From the NCBI RefSeq assembly GCF_001194135.2, contig NC_068983.1, forward strand, positions 158,711,548 to 158,767,507: a stretch of 55,960 bases of DNA. Reading direction: 5' to 3'. The DNA is from Octopus bimaculoides (taxonomy: Eukaryota). The translations under genes were made by a program, and so were the position numbers. The notes beneath the pieces are model-generated. The model saw nothing but the letters and a program-made list of their open reading frames with translations. It did no database searches and had not been told where the DNA came from. Shown here piece by piece: positions 24,933 through 36,860 of this stretch. Each line of letters begins with the position of its first letter. Within the stretch, counting starts at the first letter, position 1.

Positions 24933-26493
24933 GCTATCTTTCAACTTTGTTTCCATTTCTTGTCGAGCGTCTTCCTGACACCTAGAGCAAAGAAACTCAC
25001 TGTATACATTGGTAGGCCATTAAAATAAAGGCACCAGACTTTATATTTACAGTCGTGAAATAGGGAAAAGGAGGCAAGAAAGACAGAGAGAGAGAAATAC
25101 AGAAAAAAAGAAAAAAATGACAAAAATAAAACAAGGAAAATAAAGGGAAAAAGGAAGAAAATTCACTGTGACAATGCTTTTCCTCAGTACGTGTGACATA
25201 CCAGTTAAGAGAATCTTTTGCACTTTCTGCATGGATGGTAAAGCCAGGGATTATCCTCAAATAATTTTCAATTCCTTTTTTGATCATTCCAAACGCTCCT
25301 ACAATCACTGGTATTGTAACCGTCTTAAGATGCCACATTTTTTCGATTTCGATTAACAAATCTTTATATCTTCTGACCTTATCAAATTATTTTGCCGAGA
25401 TATTATGGTCACGGGCTATGCTCATGTCAATCAATAAACAGATTTTATTGCTTTGGTCTTCCACAACAATATCTGGTTTATTTGCTTTGATGGTCCTGTC
25501 TGTATGCATTGGAAAGTCCCAAAGAATCGTTACATTTTCTCCCTCAGTTACAGCCTCAGGATGGTGCTTGTACCATTTGTCAGCAACTTTGATTTTATAA
25601 TGCTGACATATTATCTAGTGTAAATATTGGCCAACTCTGTCACGTCTAGATTTATACTATACTGGTGCTAAAACCTTACACCCAGAGATTAGGTGGTCCA
25701 TTTTTCATCACGTTGGCTTGGTAGTTCCGGATCAATAAGCCCTGATCTTGAGCAGCTAAATTAAAGCCCTCGTTTTCTGCCTTTAGCCATGAGCTCCGTA
25801 GCCACGTGCTTCTGGTTTACATCAACTTATTTGCTACGGGCCACATATTTTCCATGCAGAAGATTTTTTCCCCACCTATCACTTCAATGGCTCTTTGCTT
25901 TGCCATTGATTTCACCTTCTTTGCCACACTTGCCGCACTTCCATCATGCTGTTCAATCTGGATATTATGCTTGAACTCATTTGTAAATTTTTTGCTTCCC
26001 TTCATAACTGAATGAAGCTTCTTACGTCTCTTTTTCTTCACTAATATCTATATAGGAGTCTATATCTACTCTAGCTAACTCCACGCAGTCTTCCACTGAT
26101 ATTAACCCTCTTCCGTCTTCTTTTCTAGGTAAGTATAATCCTACTACTCCTGCCCTTAGGTGGAGTCCTCCATTCATATTGAATTCCTTCCTAGTTCTTC
26201 TGTATAGCTTTGCTAATTCAGTTTTCGTCCAATCTCCAAAAGCTGCTGAGTATCTAAGTAATGATACTGCCCAAGTATTTACAGCCTTCACTAGATTCGG
26301 ACCATTTCGCTTGGACTTCACTAGCTTCCTTACCACTCTCATATACTCTTTCTCAATCTTCGTTTTCATTTCTATAGTCAGTGCTCTGTCAGATTCTAAT
26401 ACTCCGAGATACTTTTAACTCTCTCCTCCTTTCGATGATTTTAATGTTTGACCATCTGGCAATTGGATACCTGCACTGTTGACTACCTGTCCC

Positions 26494-26494
<1 letters not shown>
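24933..26494 (-). mobile_element. 5'-truncated Dong/R4-type element (RT end to RLE and 3' UTR)
   Basis: KYLGVLE..KAVNTWAVSLLRY..LYLPRKEDGRGLISVE and EIEKMWHLKTVTIPVIVGA; bounded by (TTG/TTA)n and (TTA)n. Confidence 0.88.
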
Positions 26495-26556
<62 letters not shown>

Positions 26557-26564
26557 CATTAGTC

Positions 26565-26624
<60 letters not shown>

Positions 26625-27532
26625 AGTGAGAGAGCAGCGCATGCCATCCAAGTGACACTGGGGTAAAATATACGAAGTCCATTATACCCATCATGACTAC
26701 CTTTCTGATAAGGGTACACCAGGCACATACATCACAACCATATGTGCGCGACGTGGTGATCTCATATCAAGATAAAAGTGCATGATCTCGCANNNNNNNN
26801 NNNNNNNNNNNNNNNNNNNNNNNNNNNNNNNNNNNNNNNNNNNNNNNNNNNNNNNNNNNNNNNNNNNNNNNNNNNNNNNNNNNNNNNNNNNNNNNNNNNN
26901 NNNNNNNNNNNNNNNNNNNNNNNNNNNNNNNNNNNNNNNNNNNNNNNNNNNNNNNNNNNNNNNNNNNNNNNNNNNNNNNNNNNNNNNNNNNNNNNNNNNN
27001 NNNNNNNNNNNNNNNNNNNNNNNNNNNNNNNNNNNNNNNNNNNNNNNNNNNNNNNNNNNNNNNNNNNNNNNNNNNNNNNNNNNNNNNNNNNNNNNNNNNN
27101 NNNNNNNNNNNNNNNNNNNNNNNNNNNNNNNNNNNNNNNNNNNNNNNNNNNNNNNNNNNNNNNNNNNNNNNNNNNNNNNNNNNNNNNNNNNNNNNNNNNN
27201 NNNNNNNNNNNNNNNNNNNNNNNNNNNNNNNNNNNNNNNNNNNNNNNNNNNNNNNNNNNNNNNNNNNNNNNNNNNNNNNNNNNNNNNNNNNNNNNNNNNN
27301 NNNNNNNNNNNNNNNNNNNNNNNNNNNNNNNNNNNNNNNNNNNNNNNNNNNNNNNNNNNNNNNNNNNNNNNNNNNNNNNNNNNNNNNNNNNNNNNNNNNN
27401 NNNNNNNNNNNNNNNNNNNNNNNNNNNNNNNNNNNNNNNNNNNNNNNNNNNNNNNNNNNNNNNNNNNNNNNNNNNNNNNNNNNNNNNNNNNNNNNNNNNN
27501 NNNNNNNNNNNNNNNNNNNNNNNNNNNNNNNN

Positions 27533-27890
27533 ATGTTATATATATTTGTAAGTCCTGGTGTTTTTGTTATGTATTTATCTGAATATTTTTTTATTATACC
27601 TAAGGCACCTACTATGATAGGAATTGTTTCTGTTTTTAGACTCCACATTCGAGTTATCTCTATTTCCAGGTCTTTGTATTTTGAAAGTTTTTCCATTTCT
27701 TTTCGAGAAACGTTGTCATCTGCTGGTATTGATACATCAATTAGAAAGCATTTTTTTTCTTCATGATCTTTGACAACTATATCTGGTCTATTTGCCTTAA
27801 TTTCTCTATCTGTGTGTATTGGCATATCCCAGAGTATGGTTGCTTTCTCGTTTTCTGTGACCTTTTCTGGCGTGTGTTTATACCTATTCA
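27533..27890 (-). mobile_element. Dong/R4-type RLE fragment running into a gap
   Basis: ILWDMPIHTDREIKANRPDIVV..FLIDVSIP..EKLSKYKDLEIEI. Confidence 0.9.
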
Positions 27891-27900
27891 TATTATTATT

Positions 27901-28695
27901 CAGATTATACTGTTGGAAAAGAAAGAATCCTAACATCGGACTACAAGTTGCCTTAGATGCCAAGAACCCTCCTAAGTATCCTAGCCGTCCCTAATAACAC
28001 TGTTTTCTGCAGCTGTATTAAACTGGGTTTTATGCCTATTTTCTCTCTCCATCTTTTCAGATCTTTAAGGATAGTTCCCACTGCACCTATAACTACTGGG
28101 ATACATTTTACCTGCACTTTCTATAGTCTCTGTAATTCAATAGCTAGGTCCTGGTACTTTGCTATTTTTCTATACTTCTCATATTAATCTTTTCTTCATT
28201 TGGGACTGTAAAGTCAATTATCTCGCACATTCTATTGCTTCTATCTAATACTACCAACTGAGGCCTTCTAGCTTTTATTACTCTGCCAGTCTGAATGTTC
28301 CAGTTCTCTTGTGATCTCTTCTACCTCCAATTCAGTCATCCGCTTTCTTCTCCTAATAGCATTAGCTTGATCAACTAATCTTTGCTCAGTCTCTTTAAAC
28401 ATATCCTTCTCTACCCAAAGTGTTAACATTCGTTTTCTACAGCCCCTTCTTTTAGGTTCACTTTCTAAGCAGCACTGTATCACTATCCTGTTTTCTTCGC
28501 TGGTCCACTTCTTCCTCCTTGCTCTATTATCTGCTGATGCTGTATTGGGATGACAACTGTGGTCAGTGCATCTTTACTGATCCACTGCCGAGAGAGAGGG
28601 CTTCTCTTTAAGGTCCAGTTTCATTTTCACGGTTACAACCAGAGTCTTTCGGAAACTCCCCTCTCTCGCAAACTGAGGTAACGTAACGTTCGTCA
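27901..28695 (-). mobile_element. Internally deleted Dong/R4-type element (5' UTR and N-terminus fused to the RLE C-terminus)
   Basis: KWTSEENR..RKRMLTLW..EQRLVDQANAIR..TELEVEEI joined near 28283 to IKARRPQLVVLD..KYQDLAIEL..IPVVIGAVG. Confidence 0.8.
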
Positions 28696-28940
28696 CCATC
28701 GTCATCACCGTCGTCGTCACCATCGTCATCACCACCATTATTTCTCAGCATCTGAAAGTTTCAAGCAACTTTCTATTACATCATTTGTTGCACCTCTGTG
28801 ATGGTGGAGTGCTGCATATTCTTGCGGGGGGGGGCGATATTGTATTGTATCAGTACGTTTTGTTACGGGGTTTTATTGTATTGTATCAGTATATTTTGTT
28901 ATTGGATATTATTATCATTATTATTATTATTATTATTATT

Positions 28941-30103
28941 GTTCAGCAGTTTTATTTTTATAACGTCCTTTCACCACACCACCGAGCGCAGCTCTGTGTG
29001 CTTTGGGTATGTGCTGTGGTTTGTTGTGGTGCTCTCATGTTTACTGTATTGAAAGTGTTTTGCGTAGAATGTGTGCAGTGCCCAGTAGTGCAATTTTCTG
29101 TATGTTATATATATTTGTAAGTCCTGGTGCTTTTGTTATGTATTTGTTTTATTATACCTAAGGCACCTACTATGATAGGAATTGTTTCTGTTTTTAGATT
29201 CCACATTCGAGTTACCTCTATNNNNNNNNNNNNNNNNNNNNNNNNNNNNNNNNNNNNNNNNNNNNNNNNNNNNNNNNNNNNNNNNNNNNNNNNNNNNNNN
29301 NNNNNNNNNNNNNNNNNNNNNNNNNNNNNNNNNNNNNNNNNNNNNNNNNNNNNNNNNNNNNNNNNNNNNNNNNNNNNNNNNNNNNNNNNNNNNNNNNNNN
29401 NNNNNNNNNNNNNNNNNNNNNNNNNNNNNNNNNNNNNNNNNNNNNNNNNNNNNNNNNNNNNNNNNNNNNNNNNNNNNNNNNNNNNNNNNNNNNNNNNNNN
29501 NNNNNNNNNNNNNNNNNNNNNNNNNNNNNNNNNNNNNNNNNNNNNNNNNNNNNNNNNNNNNNNNNNNNNNNNNNNNNNNNNNNNNNNNNNNNNNNNNNNN
29601 NNNNNNNNNNNNNNNNNNNNNNNNNNNNNNNNNNNNNNNNNNNNNNNNNNNNNNNNNNNNNNNNNNNNNNNNNNNNNNNNNNNNNNNNNNNNNNNNNNNN
29701 NNNNNNNNNNNNNNNNNNNNNNNNNNNNNNNNNNNNNNNNNNNNNNNNNNNNNNNNNNNNNNNNNNNNNNNNNNNNNNNNNNNNNNNNNNNNNNNNNNNN
29801 NNNNNNNNNNNNNNNNNNNNNNNNNNNNNNNNNNNNNNNNNNNNNNNNNNNNNNNNNNNNNNNNNNNNNNNNNNNNNNNNNNNNNNNNNNNNNNNNNNNN
29901 NNNNATATCCGGTTTATTAGCTTTTATAGTCTTGTCGGTATGTACGGGGAAGTCCCAGAGAATCGATACATTTTCTCCCTCAGTCACAGCTTCAGGATGG
30001 TGCTTATACCACTTGTCAGCGGTTTTGATTTTATAATGCTGACATATTGTCCAGTGTAAATACTGGCCAACTCTGTCATGTCTTGCTTTATATTCTACAG
30101 GTG
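28941..30103 (-). mobile_element. Dong/R4-type RLE 3' fragment spanning a gap
   Basis: ILWDFPVHTDKTIKANKPD before the gap; the segment after the gap matches 27533-27660; (TTA)n at both ends. Confidence 0.85.
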
Positions 30104-30104
30104 C

Positions 30105-30176
<72 letters not shown>

Positions 30177-30857
30177 CTCAGTTTTTGTTGGAAGTCCTGG
30201 AGTGTTCTATGCGTGATGGGCTGCTGCCTGCAGCCTACGGTACCATGCTATCAGTTCTTTTCAACTCTCTAATACTTTCCTGATTATTCTGGCCGTGCAA
30301 CAGTTCTACTGGGTACTCTATTCCGATTTCCTTTTCTGATACAGTCCCCAAGGACTCAAAAATAATTGGCACTATCTTCACCCTCTTCATGTTCCATAGC
30401 CGGGCTATTTCGTACTTAAGAGGGTTGTATTTATCTATTTTTCGACTTCTTATTGACTATCCATGGGTCAAAGGGGCATGCAACATCAACTATATAGCAT
30501 ATGTGGTGCATCTTGTCGATCACCACTAGGTTCGGTCTGTTATGCTCTAGCACCTGATCTCTTTGGATTGGGAAATTCCATAGGATTTTGCATGTCTCCG
30601 ACTTCGCCTCTCTCTGCGGTTTGTGTTCATACTAAGTCTTGCCTCTCTCTAGCCCCCACTTTTCGCACAGTTTCCACTGAGGTAGCACTTTCGCTACCGC
30701 ATCGTGTCGCCACAACACGTAGTGGTTTCGGGCAAGTCTTGAGTATTCGTATATGGGCAACGGTTTCGTCCACTCTATTAAAGATGTGGCACAGCGGAGA
30801 CACTTGCTCGTTCCTGAGGTTGACCCTCCAATTCGTGGCCAAAGTTTGGTCTAGCGA
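30177..30857 (-). mobile_element. Dong/R4-type 3' fragment (Zn knuckle and RLE)
   Basis: SPLCHIFNRVDETVAH and downstream RLE residues; (TTA)n at both ends. Confidence 0.85.
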
Positions 30858-30925
30858 TTATTATTATTATTATTAGTAGTAGTAGTAGTAGTAGTAGTAG
30901 TAGGAGGAGGAGGAGGAGGAGGAGG

Positions 30926-31520
30926 AGTATTTACATTATATTATTTACATTTGACAGATATTTGTCCTCATCTTGTTTGTTGTTATACCCTCAAACCTTC
31001 ATCAGGTGTCTTGGGGAAATTTTGAACCTGGGTTCTCATTCCTATTGGTGGTTTTTCGGAAGATACAAAAGATATGCGGCCCATATGACATCAGGACAGT
31101 ATTCAAGAGTAATACAACACTTCGCAAATATCTCCTTCGGGTAAAACCACCAATAGAAGAGAATATTACCAAAAACTGCGTGTACTCCATCCCATGCAGC
31201 TGTGGTAGATTATACAAAGGTGAAACATGCCCCCCCCCGCCCCAAATAAGGGTAGAGGAACATTGCAAAGCTGTGACACGAAGATATATTGATAAATCGG
31301 GTATAGCTGATCATGTATGGAAAAATGGGAGACCACCTCCCCCTGTGGGTTGAAGCTAAAATAATAGACAGAGAACACCACTGGAAAATACGAAAACTGA
31401 AAGAAGCAGCACATATGCTAGGACACAATAACCTCCTAAGCAGACCGAGTGCAGATGTGAACAGCATATGGGAACCGGTATTGAGGAAGGAGAAGGATAG
31501 GAAAATATTAGATTTATAAG
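30926..31520 (+). mobile_element. Penelope-like element remnant: GIY-YIG endonuclease (+) with an inverted pLTR (-) at its 5' side
   Basis: NCVYSIPCSCGRLYKGET..RVEEH..SGIADHVW..KIIDRE..RKLKEAAH is a PLE GIY-YIG domain; 30926-31045 is homologous to 12345-12530. Confidence 0.85.
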
Positions 31521-33889
31521 CCCTAAAAATTCACTCCATAATTGCCCGCGGGCAAATGGCATATGGAGCTGCAAACGGTGGTACGACTATTGGTGCCCAG
31601 AAGATAGTAGTTTCAAAGACTTGCACGTGATGCTACTCTCCGCTACTTTCTCAACCTTACTAATTCCTCAAGGTAGAAAGCGTTCAAATAGCTCTAACTG
31701 TTAAACATGTGACAGCTGGAGTTACTTCCCTGGACGAAGTCTCATTGCTTTTCTTTTCGCACACATGATGAGGAACAGCTTTGGACTCATTTCGTATGTA
31801 CAGTCTAAGCAAAGGTATGTCACTTTTGCCTTCACCCTTTCTTGGATAAAGTATGATGTGGTACTGTCTTTTGAGACATACATTTTCCATATTTATTCTT
31901 TTGTCTAAAATTGACTCAAAATTTGTAATAACAGCAAAATAAGAGTTGTTGTTATTGTTGTTGTCCACTCGCCATTGGGCCAATATGACACATATCTAGA
32001 GACCAGTCTTCTTTCGAGTTCCGTATTCCTTAGCCACAAGATCATCTGCTGTTTGCTCTATAACTGGGGTAACATGGACCTGGGACAGCTGGTAACAAAT
32101 AGTTCTTCCCAAAACTGTTGAATTCCAAGTTGGAACCACACCACCAGATGCAGTTTAATATTTTTCCCAGAACAATGTGTACTCTCCAAACGAAAATGTT
32201 TCCGATACATGCCAAAAACCCATGCTTTTTGCAAGTACATCTTCAAAGAAAAGGATCCTAAACATAAATCATTTTACAGAAAAGACAGATTCAGGGAAAC
32301 ATTTTGTTAATAAGCTCGTAAGTCAGACTACCAACTCGCAGTGATTTACAACTGACCGAACGATTTGCTCAACACACCCCTCTGCTGAAATCTACTTTGC
32401 ATAGTACTTTGAGTCTTTGATCAAAAATCGTTCCATGCAAACATTTAAGCAAAGTGCTGGTGGAAAACTGCACATGCTTGAAATCAGATAGTAAGCATTC
32501 ACTGCAGTCAGACAAGGATCCACATATGAATTTGTTTCTACGCCACTATTCTTTTTTCGAACCATCGAACGGATTTCGTCTCCCTTTGCTTCAGTGCAGG
32601 CATCCGAGTGTGGACAACGTTACCTTCAAGTTTCACAGCGAGTTTCATGCCATTCTCGTCACTGGCGTTTGCACTGCCTTTTTTATGTTCCTCGTGTAAT
32701 CAAGTGACTAGATCGTAATTCATTTTCTTTCTCTGTCACTACTTTGCTAAAAATAAAGATTGCTGATGAAAGTTTCCCTTTTAATGTGACCCATCACCCG
32801 TTATGCTTGATGGTTCCCCTCAAGTTCTAATTACTAGTTCACTAATACTGTCTCTGAAATCTTTTTGTGCCAAGAAGGACGCAATCATCTTCCAATAATA
32901 GTGTCTTCGTTTATTACTTTTGTCTAAATTGACTGTAGAGTTCACGATTTTGTTGTCCTTCGAGCCCTAGTTGAAAGTGTGAACTATCTCCGCTAAATCT
33001 ATCTTATAAGCCGATAAAAACTACTTGGATCAACTGTTTTATTTAAGTCCAAATTGCTTTAGAAAAATTAAGATGATACTTGTTAGAAAAATTAAGATGA
33101 TACTTGTTAGACAGCTGGAAATGACTGTGCAATTTTGAAAATCTTATGTACACAGTCTTCTCTTACCGGCTACTCTCATTCTTTACCTGCGTGTATCCAT
33201 GATGCCATCTCATTCATTCGCTAACTCTACTGAACCAAACGTTCCTAGCTATGTTTCTTAATGTCAAAAGAAACCCAGCCATCCACTTAGTTCCGGGATG
33301 TAAATGATGTACATTCTCTAGTTATATTTCTTTTATGTTTTCTCCTGTTTGGGTTCACCTTTGTTATCTCTCCAATGTCTTCAGCCCTTGTGGCTAATAA
33401 AAGTAATCATTATTATCGTGTTTATTATTCATGAGTTGAAAATAGATCAAAATATTTCTTTCTAATAATAAAGATTATGTATATTTTAGAGAATTTATGT
33501 AGAAGTCTTCCGAGCTAAGGAGGATGTTTATAATCTTTATTTAAGTCCGACTTTTTTTAATCTGACAAGGTTATCCAATAACCGCTGAATCCATCGTAAA
33601 GATCATCTTGCCAGCTGCATTTAACCAGGAAGTACAGACAGTTTCCTCTTTGACTGACTGCGCTTCCTGAGTGACGTGTGAGTTGCATTATGTATTATAT
33701 TGTCATGTGCTGATTGTGAAAAATATGTAATGTATGGACTATGTTATGTTATTAAGTGACAATATTAAAACGTACAATATTAATTGTCTGAGTAGTTAAT
33801 TATGTGCGGAATCTTTACGGTATTTGTTATCGGATATCAACTATGTGAAAGTATCTCGTGCTATTTTATTGAATAACGATTGTTTAATG

Positions 33890-35333
33890 CAGGGGTGGGG
33901 AAACCCCCGCCCGCGGGCACAATTGCGCCTGTGAGCCCATTTTATTGCGCCCGCAAATTGACATACTTGTATGTACAAAATAAAGTAAATTTTTCAATTA
34001 TAAAATTTATACAATACTGGTATGCAATGCTTATTTGCGATATAGGTCGGGTTTCCACTACGACGTAAAACGGTCAGACTAGAACAGAAATCGTCCGGTA
34101 ATTGCCAATTGAATGGAAATTTTATTTTTACTATAAAGCACATATTGCTAGTTTTGTACCACCCCCTTGAGACCCGACTAAACTTTAGCCGAGAAGACTA
34201 AAAATATGTTGCATATACCGAAATGATTTTTATATGAAACGAATGTTGAAGGATTGTAGAAGATACTGTGTAAAAATTATTCATATCCAACAATTCCAAA
34301 TATCTAAATTTTCCTTCCGATTTCATTTTTCACGTTTTCACAAAATAAAAAAAAATCTCCACAATCGACGCACATCCTCTTTTTTGTTAATCGATAAGCA
34401 AAAAATATCTTTAAAAATCTGTTTAAAATCAAAAACAAATTGGTAAAGCTTCATGGAAACAGACGCTTTTAATTTGTTGCCTTGTGAACAGGATTATAAA
34501 AAAATATTACTTTTACCGAAAAAGCAATGAAAAAATAACTGCTTTTGGAAGGGGTGTCGCATTTTTGCTATCAGTCGGTGTCAAGGAGGGTCAACAGAAG
34601 TTACTTTCATCTGTCATCAGCTTATCAGTTATCGCCCTTCCTTACCCACTCGCTTGTCAACACCTGTGTGGACAAAGGAGAGAGAAAAATCATGTTAAGC
34701 CTTGCAGAACCAAACAATATCTTAATCTTTTACAGATTTTTAGTTGTTACTATTTTTACAACACTGAACGCATGCATTACAACTACGAGCCAGTTGGCTT
34801 TTGTTTTTCCCAGGTAGCGGTAATAACTAAAATTCGGAAAGTAATAATATAAATTCAACCGGTTTATAACTTTGTTAAATCAATTTTCCTAAACCCTTAT
34901 CAATATGGCAAAAGCGGTTATAAAGATCCTAAAAAAAAGAACTGCTGGTGAACGCGCTTTGTTTAATGAAAAATGTACAGAGCTTTATTTTTTTATTGAA
35001 ATAGATAACAAGTTCATTTGTCTTATTTGCAACGAACAAGTAGCCATTCATAAAAAATATAATATTGAGATTTCTCCAACGTTAGGATAGGTACATTTTG
35101 AAAAATATAGAATACCTCATAAGTAATATAAATTCGTAAATTTAGTAGCGGCGTTAATGAAGATGTTAAGTGTTAATTTAATGTGTTAAACTTATCTTTA
35201 TTAGTGTATATCGAATTATACATCGATATATACAAGATTTACACAGATATAAGAGTTAAAACTTGCGATCCGCCCGCGGACCTTTTTCTTTGGAAATTTT
35301 TACCCGCTGCACTAAAACGTTTCCCCACCCCTG
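33890..35333 (+). mobile_element. hAT (Buster/Charlie, SPIN-like) deletion derivative, 1444 bp
   Basis: Perfect 15-bp TIRs CAGGGGTGGGGAAAC; 8-bp flanks GTTTAATG/ATTTAGTG (6/8 identical, central TA); transposase N-terminal remnant FNEKCTELYFF..ICLICNEQVAIHKKYNI. Confidence 0.92.
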
Positions 35334-35384
35334 ATTTAGTGTCTGCTTTTTATGAGATATGTTCCATTATTTTAGTGTTTATTT

Positions 35385-35850
35385 TAAGGCAGCGAACTGC
35401 CAGAATGTTCAACCCACCAGACAAAATTCTTGACATTTTGTCCGTCTTTTATATTCTGAGTTCAAATTCTGCCGAGGTCTGACTCTGCTTTTCATTCTTC
35501 AGAGGTCAATGAAATAAATACCAGTTGTGTACTGGGGTCGATGTAATCGACTAGTCCCTCCCTCATAATTTCAAGCTTTGTGCCTATAGTAGAAAGGATT
35601 ATTTTGTATTAATTGTCAGCAGCATGTTTTATACGAGTTCTGTTTTCTCGTCAACTGTCAGAATTACTTAATGCGAATTACTCAATGAGGGCGAGCTGGT
35701 AGAATCGTTAGCGCGTCGGACAATATGCTTAGTAACATTTCTTCCGGCTCTTTTGGGGTCGAGGAAGTAAAGTATCAGTCAAGTTCTGGGGTCGATATAA
35801 TCGACTTATCTCTGCCCTCAAAATTGCTGGCCTTGCGCCAAAACCTAGAA
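35385..35850 (+). mobile_element. Two SINE family A copies (about 35385-35602 and 35688-35850)
   Basis: A- and B-boxes and the family body. Confidence 0.8.
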
Positions 35851-36629
35851 TTATTTCCCTGTAGGCATAGCTTCTGGGTTGATCTTGTTTGTGGACATAT
35901 TTTGTCTTTATAAAAGATTGGGAAGTCATGAATGTGACCGAACGTCTCATCGTGCTAACCCCATAGTCTGCACTTGATGTTAGTCTCTTGTTGCATTGTT
36001 TTAGTTATATAATGTTAGCATACCTTCATGACTACTGGTTCATTATATGTTTCAACCAGATTTTGGGGTCCTAGTCAATCTCGTGCTTTTTAATTGCCTG
36101 CCGCTTTTAATATGTTGCTGGATTTCTAGCTAAATATATTGGCCTTGTTCGAAGTGATATTACATATTTTAATCTTTTTCTGATTTATTGTGATTCTTTA
36201 TAATTGTGCCGAAAGTTTTTGTTCCACATTCTCTCTTAATATACTTGAGCTTCTACATGTCACCTGATATTGTTTTCTGAGTTAATGTCGCAAATAAGTT
36301 TTTGGGGGTATTTCATTCAAAATTCCTTGTTCTCTGAAAAGTCATCCTCATTTTCCAAGTGTTTTATCTTGCTTACTTCTGCTGATGTAATTTGCTTCTC
36401 TTTTTTATTGAAATATATATATTTCACTATTTCCCTTCACTATGCTTTTTCCACTTCGCTTAGGAAATGTGTCTTTCCGTTTTGTTTTGTTTCAATTTTA
36501 TATAGTATATTTTCTTTTCTATTTTGTTTGGTTTGTTTTTGTTTGGGAGAGACTGGTCTGGATCAAACTCAGTTTTCATTTATACTCTCACTATTTCTTG
36601 ACAGTCTCTTGAATCCGAGAAAGACTATT

Positions 36630-36860
36630 CCATAATTTCTTGCTGAGCAACCTGCACAGATGGTTTGTTTATAGTGATCAAGTGTTTGTGTTATACATAC
36701 TCTCACTCCATCAAATCGATATTGCCTGTGCATGCACACAGTGTGTCACATGTCAGATGTCGAAGTGAACGCAAAGCAACGTGGAATGAACTGTTTTGCT
36801 GAAGAAAAACCACGATCTTGCAATCGTGTGTCAACATCCTAACCACTAGGACACATGACT
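36630..36860 (-). mobile_element. Decayed tRNA-derived SINE (a further family)
   Basis: Minus-strand head gtcatgtgtcctagtggttaggatgttg..gatcgtggtt. Confidence 0.55.

Noticed and set aside
28520-28680. HDV-like ribozyme in the deleted Dong 5' end
   Set aside because: P1-like and P4-like helices exist, but there is no P3/L3 with a CC partner and no catalytic-C J4/2 motif.
32520-32760. Possible RTE EN-RT linker relic (NIKRQCKRQ..WHETRC)
   Set aside because: Short and interrupted by stops; insufficient support.
33620-33690. Cluster of ETS (GGAAGT) and CRE-like (TGACGT) motifs as a wnt8 enhancer
   Set aside because: Short motifs expected by chance; no conservation data.
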